DNA of 64,000 nucleotides from Lama guanicoe (Eukaryota): NCBI GenBank assembly GCA_013239625.1, contig MU054096.1, forward strand, positions 285,098-349,097. Reading direction: 5' to 3'. Below are positions 1-13,334 of the stretch, in pieces. A model generated the notes under the pieces. The model was given only the letters and a program-made list of their open reading frames with translations, was not told where the DNA came from and ran no database searches. Both the position numbers and the translations under genes were made by a program. Numbering within the stretch: position 1 is the first letter of the stretch; each line of letters begins with the position of its first letter.

Positions 1-1030
1 AATTCAAAATGTTAAGCCGTTGAAGGGCTGTGAGCAGGAGTGATTTAACTTTTAAAAGGGTCACCCTAGTTGATATGGCGAAGGTAGAATGTGAGTGACC
101 ACTTAGGAGGCTGGTGTAATAATGCAGGTGAGAGGTGGTGATGGATTAGCAGCGGAGGCAGGTGATCTGATTCCAGATGTGTGCTGAAGGTAGAAACCAC
201 CAGCCCAACTGAAGGACCAGGACATCACTGATACCTTTGTTTTCAGTACCTGCTCTTCCCTATCCTGTCACTTTTCTCTGCCCAGGAGAGAGGATTTCCT
301 CTTGAACAAAGAGAGGGGGAAAGATAGCAAAGCAAAGAGACAGAAAACAGGATTAGATACGAGTAAGAAAACAAGAAAACGATAAAAAAGCAGCAGAAGA
401 ATACAAATCGAAGAGGCAAGAAATGCACACCAACCAGAGTTAAAAAGCCAGTGAGAAAAAGAAACGCTTCACCCTAGCTTCAGCATCTCCGTCCTTCTCT
501 ATTGATAACGTAAAAGTAATAGACGGGTTGATTTCCTGTGCAGGCGAAAACCCTCTTGGAAAACTGTTTTGCTTTCAGTGGACATGTGCTCAGTGCCAGA
601 TGGAAGCAGGAGAAATAAATCTATCAAGAAAAAGGAAAACCAGTGATGGAGGGTGAGCTGCATGCTCAGAGATCCAAATTCAAGCAATCATCACTTCTGA
701 CAAAACCCAAGTCTCCCTGTACGGTAAATAGGTGCCGACCCACGCAGCTTCCGGAAGAAAAACTCGCCACCTCTCCAAGGTCCCCTACAGTAGCCACAGA
801 GCAAGTGTTCTGCGCTGGTGTCTCACGAAGTCACGTACCCTTGGGGGTGACCTGAAACCATTGTTCTCCCAAGAAGGGCAAAAGCAACCGGAAGTTTCCA
901 CTTCCATTGGAGGATATAATCACATCCGTTGGCTGTGTGGGAGAGAAGGCTGTCTGGCCATTGGAGCTTTTTGATACTGTTATTGAAGGAAACATTGGTC
1001 ATAAATCTTGATGAATGATTACAGGAGCTA

Positions 1031-1245
1031 GTAGCATTATTTTATTCTGTTTTTTTTTTTATCACTGAGTAGTGATTCATGGTATAAATAAATATACAAC
1101 AGCTTCTTTATCCAGTCCTCTGTTGGTGGACATTTGGGTTGCTTCCATATCTTGGCTGTTGTAAATAGTGCTGCTATGAACAAGATGCTATATACCAGAA
1201 ATTCACATGTTGTAACTGACTAGACTTCAATTGAAAAAAAAAAAA
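1031..1245. mobile_element. Short L1 insertion with 5' inversion
   Basis: Minus-strand L1 piece (~1031-1182), plus-strand L1 3' tip and poly(A); TSD GATTA(C/A)AGGAGCTA at 1017-1030 and 1246-1259. Confidence 0.8.
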
Positions 1246-3057
1246 GATTAAAGGAGCTATTTCCTACTTGGAGAATTGTAGACGTTCAAGTGTTTGACAT
1301 TATCTTAAAATTCCGTAAAGACCTTCCTCTAATTTAATCTTCAGTCTTTAGCTGTCCCCACAGATGGGTTAAGTCAGTCAATGGCAAGAGGAAGAAATAA
1401 AGAAGTAGCTAGGCAGAGACCAAAAGAGACTTTCATTTCCCTCAAAGCCTGGTTTAATCAACAGTTTCAAAGAGGCACACAGCAGTCTGCGTGTATGAAA
1501 TTTTGCCAGAAGGAATTAAGCCGAAAAAGATGATCTTCCTCTCAGAACTTGCAAAGTTCCAGCTGGGACATTTTGCATAATGGATTCACTTCTCTATTGT
1601 GAACATGCAACTGCGTATGAAAATTGCTTCAGTGAATAAAAAAATAAAAAATAAAAACAGGGCTTCAACTGCTCTCAAGATGTTTTCTGGACTCTCTCCC
1701 TGATTCCTTACTGTTTCCAGAGCCTCCCTCCTTCCCGGCCCACCAAACCCTAGACTAACAGAGAACACTCTGTGGAGGCTGTAAGTTTATGTTACAGCTT
1801 AAGGTTGAGACATAAAACATAATCACTACAACACAGTCCCCAGCCTGTTCTCACCTTCCTCGGAAACTCAATCTTAACAAGCTTTTTTTCCAGCCTGGAA
1901 TTTGGCATTCATTTTTCTTGTTCTCAATCTTTCAGAAGGATAGAATGCTGTTAATGGTTCAAGGTCTTTTCCTTCAGCTGAAGTGTGGGCTTTTGAAGGA
2001 CTCAGACCCCCCTGAAGTGAATCATCCTGGTCTAAGTTTAGACAGGAAATTTGATAAAACCTTCATTTGAGGGAATCAGGATGGTGGTCTCACAGGTGGT
2101 ACCAAGAAACTGGTTTCCTTGTGTTAAGCGTCCTTCATGTCTTTCTAATAAGATGCCTTTCCAGAAAGGGACATTTGTTATGTTCTGGCTTTTCAAAGGT
2201 GAAATATAAATAAATTTTGTAATTTATACCCCCCCCCACCAAAAGACCAATAAATTCATCAAGTCCTGAGAATAAACAGACAATGGGGCCTTCTCCATCA
2301 TTCTGATCAAGGTGTTTTCTCTCTCTTTCTTACGCACGTGTGCACACACACGCAGTCTCCTGGGGGAAAGCCTTTGGGCTCTCAGTGACCTTGACTCTGG
2401 AAACTGACCCACTATTGTTTTAGCAGGGACACCCTCAGGAGTTGAAGGACCATATGCAATTGGATGCCTCTTACAGATTAAAGTGTTCCAGTAACATCTC
2501 GCTTTGATCTCCGCCTGGAGTAGAATCCGGCTGAGTACATCCGACACAAGGGTAAAACCCAGGAGCCATGGACTTTGAATCCTCACCTCCCGACAGCCCA
2601 CGCATATCTCAGAAACCAGCTGGTGAAGTGGGACACCATGAGAAGGCCATAAATCATTGACGGATGACGTCGGAAGAAAGGGCTCTGGGTGAACAGCATT
2701 AGAGGAATACAGCCAATTTACACTCTCTCTAATTACACTACAAATTAAACTGCATTTAATTACATTAATTCATATAATGAGTGATACTGGACTCCCCTAG
2801 GTTTCATCATTTTTAAAAATGATGTGAAATAAACATTTTTTTTCCCTTGGTTACATGTTTTTTTAAATTTACATGTAACTACTTTTCATTGTTTCTGAGG
2901 ACAGTTTAGAGCTTTAGCTTTTTAAGCTTACATAGTTAGCAAAGGAATAAAGTCAACCACAGAATAAGAATCAACAGAATGCGGTAATCCAATTGTAAAG
3001 GACAGTCAACAGTGCTTAGGCATATTCAAGAAATTAATCACCTAAGTTATAAATAAT

Positions 3058-4626
3058 AAGTAGTTCATTTGTGTCCTTTTCTTTTAGATTCCACATACAA
3101 GTGATATCACACGGTATTTTTCTTTCTCTTTCTGGCTTTACTTCACTTAGAATGATGATCTCCAGGTCCATCCATGTTTGCTGCAAATGGCATTATTTTA
3201 TTCTTTTTTTTTTATCATTGAGTAGTATTACATTGTATGTGTGTGTGATGCAGAAAAACAGGTGTGGGGTGTGAGGAGACCCATGTCCCAGGTCTTGTTT
3301 GAGCCCCTGGGACGTGCCCTGTCAAGTGTGGGTCCTTGGATTCATTGAATTCAAGAGCGAGCCACAGTTGAATAAAGGTAGATTTGTTCAGAGATACATT
3401 GAAAAGCAAGAGAAAGGCCACAAGGTGTGGGGTTTGGCTGCTCAGATTAGAGTAAAAGTATGTGCACACTCCATAGACAGAGTGTAGCGCATCTCCAAAG
3501 AGGGAGAAAGAGGCAGCAAGGGGCAGTGTTGCCAGCTTTCATGGGCTCAGTCACTTCCTATGCCTACAGGTGGGACCAATCCAAGGGGCTGGGATTCCCA
3601 GGAACTGGGCCACCACCCATTCTTTGGCCTTTTGTGGCTAGCCTTGGGACTGTCATCGCACCTGCGGGTATGTTATTTATCATGCTAATGTTACAGTGAA
3701 CATACAATGAAGCTTAAGGTTTAATAGAAGTCAAATCTCCTGCCATCTTAATCCTCAAGGCCAACTGGGATTTGAACCTTTCACCATTTTGGTGTTAATT
3801 GCTGTCATTCCATAAATGGCTGTGCCCTGCCCCCTTTCTATATATATATATATATATGCCACAACTTCTTTATCCAGTCATCTGTCGATGGACATTTAGG
3901 TTGTTTCCATGTCTTGGCTATTGTAAATAGTGCTGCTATGAACATTGGGGTGCAAGTGTCTTTTCGAATTAGAGCTCCCTCCAGATATATGCACAGGAGT
4001 GGGATGGCTGGATCACAGATAAGTCTATTTTTATTTTTTTTAAGGAACCTCCATACTGTCCTCTATGATGGCTGCACCAATTTACATTCCCACCGACAGT
4101 GCAAGAGAGATCCCTCTTCTCCACAGCCTCTCCAGCATTTGTCATTTGTGGATCTTTGAATGATGGCCATTCTGATTGGTATGAGGTGATATCTCATTGC
4201 AGTTTTGATCTGCATTTCTCTAACAATTAGTGACATTGAGCATCTTTTCATGTGCTTGTTGGCCATCTGGATGTCTTCGTTGGAGAGATGTCTTTTTAGG
4301 TCTTTTGCCCAGTTTTTCATGGGGTTGCTTGTTTTTTTGATATTAAGCTGTATGAGCTATTTGTATATTTTGGAAATTAGTCCCTTGTTGGTTGCATCAT
4401 TTGCAAATATCTTCTCCAGTTCTGTAGGTTTTCTTTCTGTTTTGTTGATGGTATCCTTAGCGGTGCAAAAGCTTTTAAGTTTAATTTAGATCCCATTTGT
4501 TTATTTTTACTTTTATTTCCATTACTCCATGAGCTGGTTCAAAAAAAATACTGCTGTGACTTATGTCCAAGAGTGTTCTGCCTATGTTTTCCTCTAGGAT
4601 TTTTAGAGTATCTGGTCCTACATTTA
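3058..4626 (-). mobile_element. L1 (ORF2 C-terminus/3'UTR) split by a solo LTR
   Basis: ORF2-like peptide [27 protein letters not shown]...[12 protein letters not shown]1 sequence resumes after 3840. Confidence 0.92.
3246..3840 (-). mobile_element. Solo LTR (ERV1-like), same family as 21071-21634
   Basis: Reverse complement aligns by eye to 21071-21634 (ccaaggacccacacttg, aataaatctacctt-like R region). Confidence 0.8.
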
Positions 4627-4778
4627 AGGGTATATAGTTCAGTGGTCGAGTGTGCGCTTAGCATGCACGAGGTCCTGGGTTCAGTCCCCAGTACCTCCAT
4701 TAAAAAAATAAACCTCATTACCTCCCTTCTTCCCCTCAAAAAAAGAACAAAAATTAAATTTAAAAAGTAAATAAAAGA
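4627..4778 (+). mobile_element. tRNA-derived SINE, vic-1-like (camelid)
   Basis: A-box/B-box head (...agtggtcgagtgtgcgcttagcatgcacgaggtcctgggttcagtccccagtacctcc) and A-rich tail. Confidence 0.9.
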
Positions 4779-6757
4779 ATGGCTCACAGGCAGTGACGAT
4801 GTGGCAATACTGCTGGCTGAGGAACCGAAAATCTCAACCAGCCAGCCACCCAGCCGGTCAGAAAGACAATGACATAAGATCAGCGTGGTTCATCTGTGAA
4901 CCCAGTTGTTTGCTTTGCTGGAAATAAACCCGGCTTCAAAGGCCAGGACCAGAGAGAATTCTTTTAACAGCTTAGGGCACTGTGGAGTTAGGATCTGTGG
5001 CAATTATCTGAAAAAGGGGCCCACTCGGGCTGGAAGCTGAGTCTGGATTTTGGACTTCCATTGTCCTCCAAGGATCCTGGATCAACTCCAGAAGGATTTC
5101 TGGAACAAAGGCTGGGCTCCCCGGCTTATTCCTAATTCTGTCATTTTCCCTAAGCATTGCTTTCTTTTGTGACTTGGCCAAAAGCTGTCTTCCTTGTCAC
5201 TAAGGCCAAGCTGACAAAGTTCAGCCTTCGTGTTCCTACTGTGTACAGTTCTCACCAGGGCAGAAAAAAAGCTATAGAGCCTCCTTCAGGGTTATTAGAG
5301 TGGAGAATTTAACAGCCTGGCTTCTGGGTCAGCAGACCAGGATGTGAACGCAGCCCCACCGCCTCTCGGCAGTGTGACATGGGGTGAGCCTCAGTCTCCC
5401 CATATGTCAAGCTGGAATAATAAGAGCCACGCTTCTTGCAGGTTGGCTGGGAGATTCCAGTATGCAAAGCTCCTTGAAATGCATGGCCCGGTGCCGGGCA
5501 TGCGGTCAGGCAAGGTTCCCGCTGACAGCCCTCAAACATCCAAATAGCTAGTTTATAAGGTATTTATCTGGAATGATGAGAGGCTGGGCTCTTCAGAACT
5601 GACGTTGTTGTAACCAGAAAGCATTCTGACTGGGGGACCTCCGCGTTGCTTCTTTGGTTAAATATTTTGTATAACATTCCTGCTGATAATTGTTCAATAC
5701 CAATTCAATTCAGTGTACATCCTGATGGGGGTTCTCGCTGTCCTCACAAGGAAGGGACTCAGGAATGAATAGGGCAGGGTGTCCTGCACAATCTGTGCCC
5801 TGTACATCGTGGGTGGAGTCCCGCCCCTTCCTTGTTGCCGGGACGAAAGCAGCTTCACCACAGCAAACAGCCTCTGCATGTCAAACATCAAAGGAGGAAC
5901 TGTTCAATGTCTCACCTACAGGGAACACTGAGAAGAACCCTCACTGCCACAGCTGCCTGCTTTCAAGCTGCAGAGCATCGTCCTTGAAAGCTGACTGTGT
6001 ATCTTCATCAAAGAGGCGCTTTTCCCCTTTCAGGCTCAGTGGAAAAATGATGCGATCAAGAGAGAAGATAGAATGAGTGTCTGAGGAGGCAGAGAGGAAA
6101 GTGATGGATAATCCTATGTATTAGAACAGGAGCAGAAATAAGAAATAGTGTCACCTTGTATTCAAGCAATGACTTCATTCTTTCAGGTCTCATGATGGCC
6201 TGAAATGGGGGGATAAGATTATTTCCTTCATTTTTTGGTACCCCAAAATGTGCTTCCCAATCCACAGAGCTTTTGATTCTCCCCCAAATGGTAGCAGTCT
6301 GATCTATTGCAGGATTGAAACAGTTGCTTTTGGTATTATGTCCTTCCTGACCGTGAGTTCTCTGAAGAGCTTCAAGTCTTCACAAGCACAGATGACACAA
6401 AATAGGTTACAGATGCCTTAGATGTAAAAGAAATCTCGTGTTCCCTTTAATACACCAAAAAGCACCATTTTATACTTTCTCTGTGAGGTTGGGAGTGGTA
6501 GAGATACCCGTGCCCATTTCATGGAGAAGGGCAAGGAATCAGAGAATTAAACATCTCTTAGTTGTAGTGGGGTTTCCAAGTTCCCAATGTGAGACCTTTA
6601 TATTTGAATTGGATGGTTCATTATTATATTCAAAATTTTTTTTTTTTATCATTTGCCCTGGAGTTGAGCTAAAAGGCACCACTGACGGTCTATTACAATA
6701 AAGCTGTTTGTCTTAACAAATAAAGAGGGTAAACCAGGTTCCAAGGCAGATGTCAAC

Positions 6758-6965
6758 TGTGGTAGACAGATTCCGGGGTAGCTCCACGTTCATGTCCTGC
6801 ATAACTTTTTTCCCTTGAATGTAAAGTATATTACTTGTTTCCAACTAGCAGAATATGACAAATCTGTTGCAATGTCACTCCTGCGTTCTATGTTATGACA
6901 TGTACTTGGCAAATTTTGCCAGCATGCCCCAGAGACCTATTACTACTGCTAGCTTTAGTAAGCAG
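6758..6965 (+). mobile_element. MaLR (MLT1-like) LTR fragment
   Basis: Begins tgtggtagacaga..., typical MLT1 5' end. Confidence 0.5.
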
Positions 6966-6969
6966 TTAT

Positions 6970-9430
6970 GAAATGAGACCAGAAACCATAAAACTCCTGG
7001 AAAAAAAATGTAAACTGTAACAATGTTTTTGGAGATAAATTGTAACAATTTTTTTTGACATAAATTGTAACGATTTTTTTTTAATCTGTCTCCTAAGGCA
7101 AAGGAAACAAAAGCAAAAATAAATAGGACCTAATTAAACATAAAAGCTTTTGCACAGCAAAGGAAACCATCAACAAAATGAAAAGACAACCTACTGCATG
7201 GGAGAAGATATTTGCAAGTGATATGACCAATAAGTGGTTAATATCCAAAATATACACACAGCTTCGACAACTCAACATCAGAAAGACAAATGTTTTTGTT
7301 TTGATTGAAAAGTGAGCGGAAGACCTGAATAGGCATCTTCCCAAAGAAGACATGCAGATGGCCAACAGGCACATGAAAAGATGCTCTATATCACTAATCA
7401 TCAGAGAAATGTAAATTGAAACCACAGTAGATATTACCTCACACCTTTCAGAATGGCTATCATCAAAAAGACCACAAATAACAAATGTTGGTGAAGATGT
7501 GGAGAAAACAGAACCTTTGTGTACTGTTGGTGGGAATGTAAACTGATGCAGTCACTATGGGAAGCAGTATGGAGGGTCCTCAGAAAACTAAAAATAGAAC
7601 CACCGTATGACCCAGCAATGCCACTCCTGGGTATGTATCCAAAAAAAAAAAAAAAAAACTAAACACTAATTTGAAAAGATACATGCACCCCAATGTTAAT
7701 AGCAGCGTTATTTATAGTAGCCAAGATATGGAAGCAACCCAAGTGTCGATTCATAGATGAACAGATAAAGAAGATGTGGTATATCTATAATTGAATACTA
7801 CTCAGCCATAAAAAAGAATGAAAGTTGCCATTTGCAGCAACATGGGTGGACCTGGAAGGTATTATACTTAGTGAAATAGGTCAGAGAGAGAAAGACTAAT
7901 ACTGTATGATATTGCTCTTATGTGGAATCAAAAACACAAAACAAGCTAGTGAATATTTTAAAAAGCAGACTTACAGATATAGAGAACAAAACTGTGGTTA
8001 CCAGTGGGGGGGGACAAGATAGGGGTAGGCGATTAAGAGTGGATTATTCAAAATGTATCAAAGCAGAAAAGTAAAATTATACAACTTCTAGAAGAAAACC
8101 TAGGATAAAAATCTTTGTGGACATGAGACAGGGAATCTTTTTTTTTTTTTTGACAAGACACAAAAAGCAACATGCATAAAGAGAAAAAATAATAAATTTA
8201 AATTCATCGAAATTAAACCTTTTGTTCTTCAAAAGTATCAGTAAGAAAATAAACAATGAAAAAGTAAACCACAGACTGGGAGAAAACATTCACACTATAT
8301 CTGACAGAGAGTTTGTACCCAGAATATATAAAGAACTTTTACAACTCAATTATGAGACCAACAATCCAATTATGAAAAATGGTCAAGACAAGTCAAAGCA
8401 AGTGTGAAGAAAAAAGTTCTGTTTTTGCAGGTGTTTGTTGTCTGCTTTTTATTCTAATGCAGTCTACTTTAAGTAGGGAAATAATGTGATCTGATGATTT
8501 ACACAAAATAACTTTTTTCTATTCCCTGCATTGCCCAATGCAGTGCTGGCACATTTATAGAGTAAATTAACAGATTAATTCATCAATTTTTTGAAAAAGT
8601 CAAAGACCTTCAACAGACACTTCACACACAGACTTACAACGATATATACGACCCAACAGCACATGTTAAAGTGTTTCTAAAGGAAATGTGAACTCAACCA
8701 CGATGAAGTGTCACTTCATGCTGAGTATAAAGGCTGAAATGAGAAATTCTGATGCTACCACCTGGGGGCAGGCACTTGGAGCTGCAGGAGCGCATGTGTT
8801 ATGTACTGGAGGGCGAAGTCATACAACTACTTTGGAAACATTTTGACAGTTCCCTCTAAAGGTAAACTTCATACACTTCCCAAATGGTCCAGCAATTCGC
8901 TCTCTAGGCATTTATTAAAGAGAACTGAAAAGATATGCTCAATTATTATTGAGGATATTGATTTGGAGGTAGATTCATAGCTCCCTACTGGAAACAAATC
9001 AAAAATATCCACTTGTGGGTGAACAGATAATGATAGTATATTTATGCACTGGGGCATGACTTAGCCATAAAAATGAGTGAATTGTTGATACGCACACAAC
9101 ATCGTGGCTGCGCCTCCAAAGCATGCTGAACAAAAGAAGTCAGACTCCAAAGGGTACGTACTGCGTGACTGCATGGGTGTGGACTTCTATAGGAGTTAAA
9201 ACCAGGGTACAGTGCTGTACGTTAGACAGTGACTGCCTGCAGGAAGGCAGGAGGGGATTTACCAAGCCCCCTAAGGTAGTTTTGCAGAGATGGAAATTTT
9301 CTGTATCTTGATTGGTGTGCTGTTTGCAGAGGTATAAACTTTGTCAAAAGCCCTCACCTGTATACTTAAAATGTGTGAATTTTCTTGTGTATAAGTTATA
9401 CCTCAATGAAGTTGACTTAAAACACATTTA
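6970..9430 (+). mobile_element. Cluster of L1 fragments of different ages (ORF2 3' end and 3'UTR)
   Basis: aaaagcttttgcacagcaaaggaaacc, gaagacatgcagatggccaacaggcacatgaaaagatgctc; includes a ~25-bp tandem triplication at ~7010-7085. Confidence 0.9.
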
Positions 9431-9622
9431 TATTTCTTACATCTGTCCACTGACAAGACCACACAACGGTGACCAACCCCATCGCCAGCGGGTCGCTCTC
9501 GCACCCGGACTGTGACAGCCTGGAGAAATGGTGAATTCCAGTCAGGAGCGTTGTATATTTCGCACACAAAGTGAGCCTGCCGCACCTGTCATGCCATAAA
9601 ACAAGATTTAAAAAGTCTAAAC

Positions 9623-9750
9623 AGGGGAGGGTATAGCTCCAGTGGTAGAGCGCATGCTTAGCATGCTTGAGGTCCTGGGTTCAATCCCCAGTACCTCCTC
9701 CAAGAATAAATAAATAAATAAACCTCGTTACCTCCCTCCAAACAAAAAAG
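9623..9750 (+). mobile_element. vic-1-like SINE
   Basis: ggggagggtatagctc...gggttcaatccccagtacctcc; TSD AAAAAGTCTAAA at 9610-9621 and 9745-9756. Confidence 0.92.
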
Positions 9751-9864
9751 TCTAAAGACTACTAGGGTCGTGTTAAAAAGACAGATGCCATACTAAGTAG
9801 GCCACCCCTGGTCAAAGATGGTGCCAATTAAGCAGCAATAATGAATTAGAACTGGCAGATATGT

Positions 9865-10170
9865 TTATTTATTTTTTTAATTGAAGTATAGTCAGTTACA
9901 ATGTATCAGTTACAGTGTGTCAATGTCTGGTGTCCAGCACAATGTCCCAGTCATGCATATACATACATATTTGTTTTCATATTCTTTTTCATTATAGGTT
10001 ATTACACTGTTATTGAATATAGTTCCCTGTGCTCTACAGAAGAAATCTGTTTTTTAATCTATTTTTATATATAGTAGTTAATAATTGCAAATGTCGAACT
10101 CCCAATTTATTCCTTCCCATCCCCTTCCCTCTCCCCACCCCAGTAACCATAAGATTGTTTATTATGTCTT
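9865..10170 (-). mobile_element. L1 3' end (lineage-specific subfamily)
   Basis: ttgaagtatagtcagttacaatg...catattctttttcattataggttatt, shared with other copies in the window. Confidence 0.85.
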
Positions 10171-11420
10171 GGAGCAGAAATGTTTAAATACGCAAGTTCA
10201 TTATGATACTTAAAAAACATTGAATAAACTCATTAAATCCCTTTGAAGATTCTAGAGAACTACTTCGTTATTTTTTTCAAACTGGCAAATAAAGACTCAA
10301 ATGTTTATCCTGACTTTACCATGCAAAAAAATAACCAAATAGTTGATACGAGAAATTTCTCTTTATGGAAAAATTGCGGCTAATGAATAAAGAATGAGTT
10401 CGAATATTACCATCTGAATGGCTGAACTTAGGCCATGATCATTAGGCGTGGATGGCGTCACAAAAAAGGCGACAACCAGACAACACATGCCTCCCAGGAG
10501 AAATACACAGCACCATCAGAGGTGTCATTTTACCAAAAACAAACAAAAAATCAATTGAGGATAAATCTGACAAGACTCTTGAACTAACTACACAGTGATG
10601 GGAAATATAAGACATAGAGAAATGTGCTAAATGACACCATGGGAATGCAGCCAGCAAAGTGCAACTGCAAATCAGACAACTCAAGTTACTTCAACCAAAA
10701 ATTGCAAGTAGAAAAAATACAAGAGAAATGTTAGCGGAAATGTATAGGCTACAAGAGATGAGACGAATCTAGCAATCAGAACTTATAGGCATTATTTTAA
10801 TCCAAAATGAAGTAAATAAAAATATCAAAACAGTATGTAAAACAAAATTTGAACACTGGATATTTGATTATATTAAGGAAAATTGTGAATATTTTTTAGA
10901 TTTGGAAAATGGCGTTGTGTGTCGGTTATTTTTGATTTTTAAAGATGTTGACAGACGAAGTGATATGAATTTGCCTCAATTACAGGGTGCGGGGACTGCG
11001 TGTGGTTATAGGTGAGATGAGACTGGACATGCTGTGTGTTAATTATTGTTGAAGCTGGGTTATTAGGTACATTTAGCTCATTAAGCTAGCATCTCTATTT
11101 TTGCTATATGTTGAAGAATTTCCATCATAAAAAGTGTAAAAGAACAATCTATTTGGGGACGAAAGAGAAAAGAGACTGATCTGCAACAATTAACAAAGCA
11201 TGGCAAACAGCTGGATGTTGGAACACGTTTATCGGCTCAAATACAGAGCACAATTTTATTCCCTAGGTTCTATTTCAGAAAAGGAGTGAGTGTCCTTAAA
11301 TTCTAGTCCTTTCAAGTCTGTCTCATGGGGCTCTGGCTCAGTGCTTTTATTCTGAATAGCGAAGTATTAAAGGGAGACAATACATTAACCTGAAACCACT
11401 TCAATCAATACTTGATTGAG

Positions 11421-11547
11421 GTGGGGAGGGTACAGCTCAGTGGCAGAGCGCATGCTCAGCATGCCCAAGGTCCTCAGACCCTCTCAAAAAATAAATAAAC
11501 CTAATCACCTAAGCCCTCAAAAAAAAAAAAAAAACCACCACCAACTA
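11421..11547 (+). mobile_element. vic-1-like SINE with B-box deleted
   Basis: Head ggggagggtacagctcagtggcagagcg; TSD AATACTTG(A/C)TTGAG on both sides. Confidence 0.88.
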
Positions 11548-12719
11548 AATACTTGCTTGAGATTTATAGATATCCACCGAGGAAACTATTTTAATAGGAA
11601 CACAGAGCTATAACCAAGATGTAGTCCTTGTTCTCAAGGCAAAGACCTCTCAGTTGCAAATGTTGGCCGTCATTAAAAGGAAGCTGGTTTAAAATACGAT
11701 CGTTTTCAAAAAGCAGTTCAGTGATGGCACTGAAGAAATCACAGATGGGAGCAAGCAGTCCTACCATCACGTGAACAGCTATTTGTAGCCTGGAACACAT
11801 TTGCTAGCAATAGCCCCATGAAGGACTTCAAGAAGGACTTCTTTGGAAGCAAAGAGCTTAGCTGGAAGTGAAGATGGCATTATCTGGACACTGCGACTGG
11901 TGACTCAAGAGGTAGCCCTGGAGATGGATGACTAAGAACTCAAGTTGCAGTGTGGAGTTTAAATAAAACTGTCTCATGAAATATGAGGTAAGACCCCAAG
12001 GCTGTGTTTCTAAACCAAGATACGATTTTATATAAAAAGCTATTTTAAAAACTTCTGAATAGATTAAACTTGTTAGACAGACACTTAACTACTTCATCGA
12101 CATCACCAAACACTTATCTAAATTGGCCAAATCTCTTTTTCTCCTGGGGGCTGCCTGGAGGGGTGGGTAGCAGTTTCTCCTTGGGAAGATGGGTGATTGC
12201 ATCCCACCTGGGGTTGCCTGGATTCTGGCACGTACGGGAAATTAAATGCGCTGTAGGTTAGAATTTAGATTAATGTGGGTGGTTGCAGTCAAGGAAGTCC
12301 TCCAGAAAATGATGAGATTAAAACGGGTAGGTTCATAGTCTCTGTATTAGTAGGGTGGACAGCTTTCCAGACGTGGAAAAAGAGATGAATAAAGACACAG
12401 TGGCAAAAGAAAACTTGACCTGGGGCTCTCACCCACATAATGGTTGGAAAAGGACCAGCAGGGCGAGCTCAGAGGGTCCAGGCAGAGGAGGAAATGAACT
12501 CAGAGAGGCTGGGCTGTGGAAAACCTTGATACTCAGCCAGGTGGCTTTGGGTTGGTCCCAAGGTCCCTCTTCTTATTACAGTCAGGGCTGCATTGTCACT
12601 TACCCAGGCCCTAGGACTTCTGCCTTTGTGGGTCTGTTTCTTCATAAAAAATATTAAAAATTATGTTATATGACTGAGTGAGTATAAAGGAGAATATAAT
12701 CCAGGTTGCATTTATTATT

Positions 12720-13300
12720 TATTATTATTATTTTTTGCACACCACCACATTTTATTAGGGGTTGAGGAAGGCTTAGGGGTCCATTCGACCTTTTGTAACT
12801 GCTTTTTTTTTTGTTTTTAAACTTTTTTTTTTATTGAGTTATAGTCATTTTACAATGTTGTGCCAAATTCCAGCATAGAGCACAATTTTTCAGTTACACA
12901 TGAACATACATACATTCATTGTCACATTCTCTTTCACTGTGAGCCACCACAAGATCCTGTATATATTTCCCTATGCTACACAGTACAATCTTGTTTATCT
13001 ATTCTGCATTTTGAAATCCCAGTCCCTTCCTACCCCCGTCCCCCTGTCAACGACAAGTTTGTATTCTATGTCTATGAGTCCGTTTCTGTTTTGTATTTAT
13101 CCTTTTTTTTTTTCAGATTCCACATATGAGCGATCTCATATGGTATCTTTCTTTCTCTTTCTGGCTTACTTCACTTAGAATGACATTCTCCAGGAGCATC
13201 CATGTTGCTGCAAATGGCATTATGTTGTCGGTTTTTATGGCTGAATAGTATTCCATTGTATAAATATACCACATCTTCTATATCCAGTCATCTGTTGATG
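12720..13300 (-). mobile_element. 5'-truncated L1 with 3' transduction
   Basis: L1 body 12833-13300, tail 12803-12832, unique 12737-12802, second tail; TSD TGCATTTATTATT. Confidence 0.8.
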
Positions 13301-13334
13301 TGCATTTATTATTATATTCATATGACTGTACTAT

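Noticed and set aside
4063..4489. L1 ORF2-like peptides as genes (also 7093-7425 and 23804-24291)
   Set aside because: Frameshifted, truncated retrotransposon remnants or their antisense frames.
7010..7085. Repeat-spacer-like array
   Set aside because: Only three ~25-bp tandem copies inside an L1, with no spacers; eukaryotic DNA with no CRISPR or cas features anywhere in the window.
9623..9700. tRNA-Ala-like genes (this and nine similar copies)
   Set aside because: They are diverged, with A-rich tails and TSDs, so they are SINE copies rather than tRNA genes.
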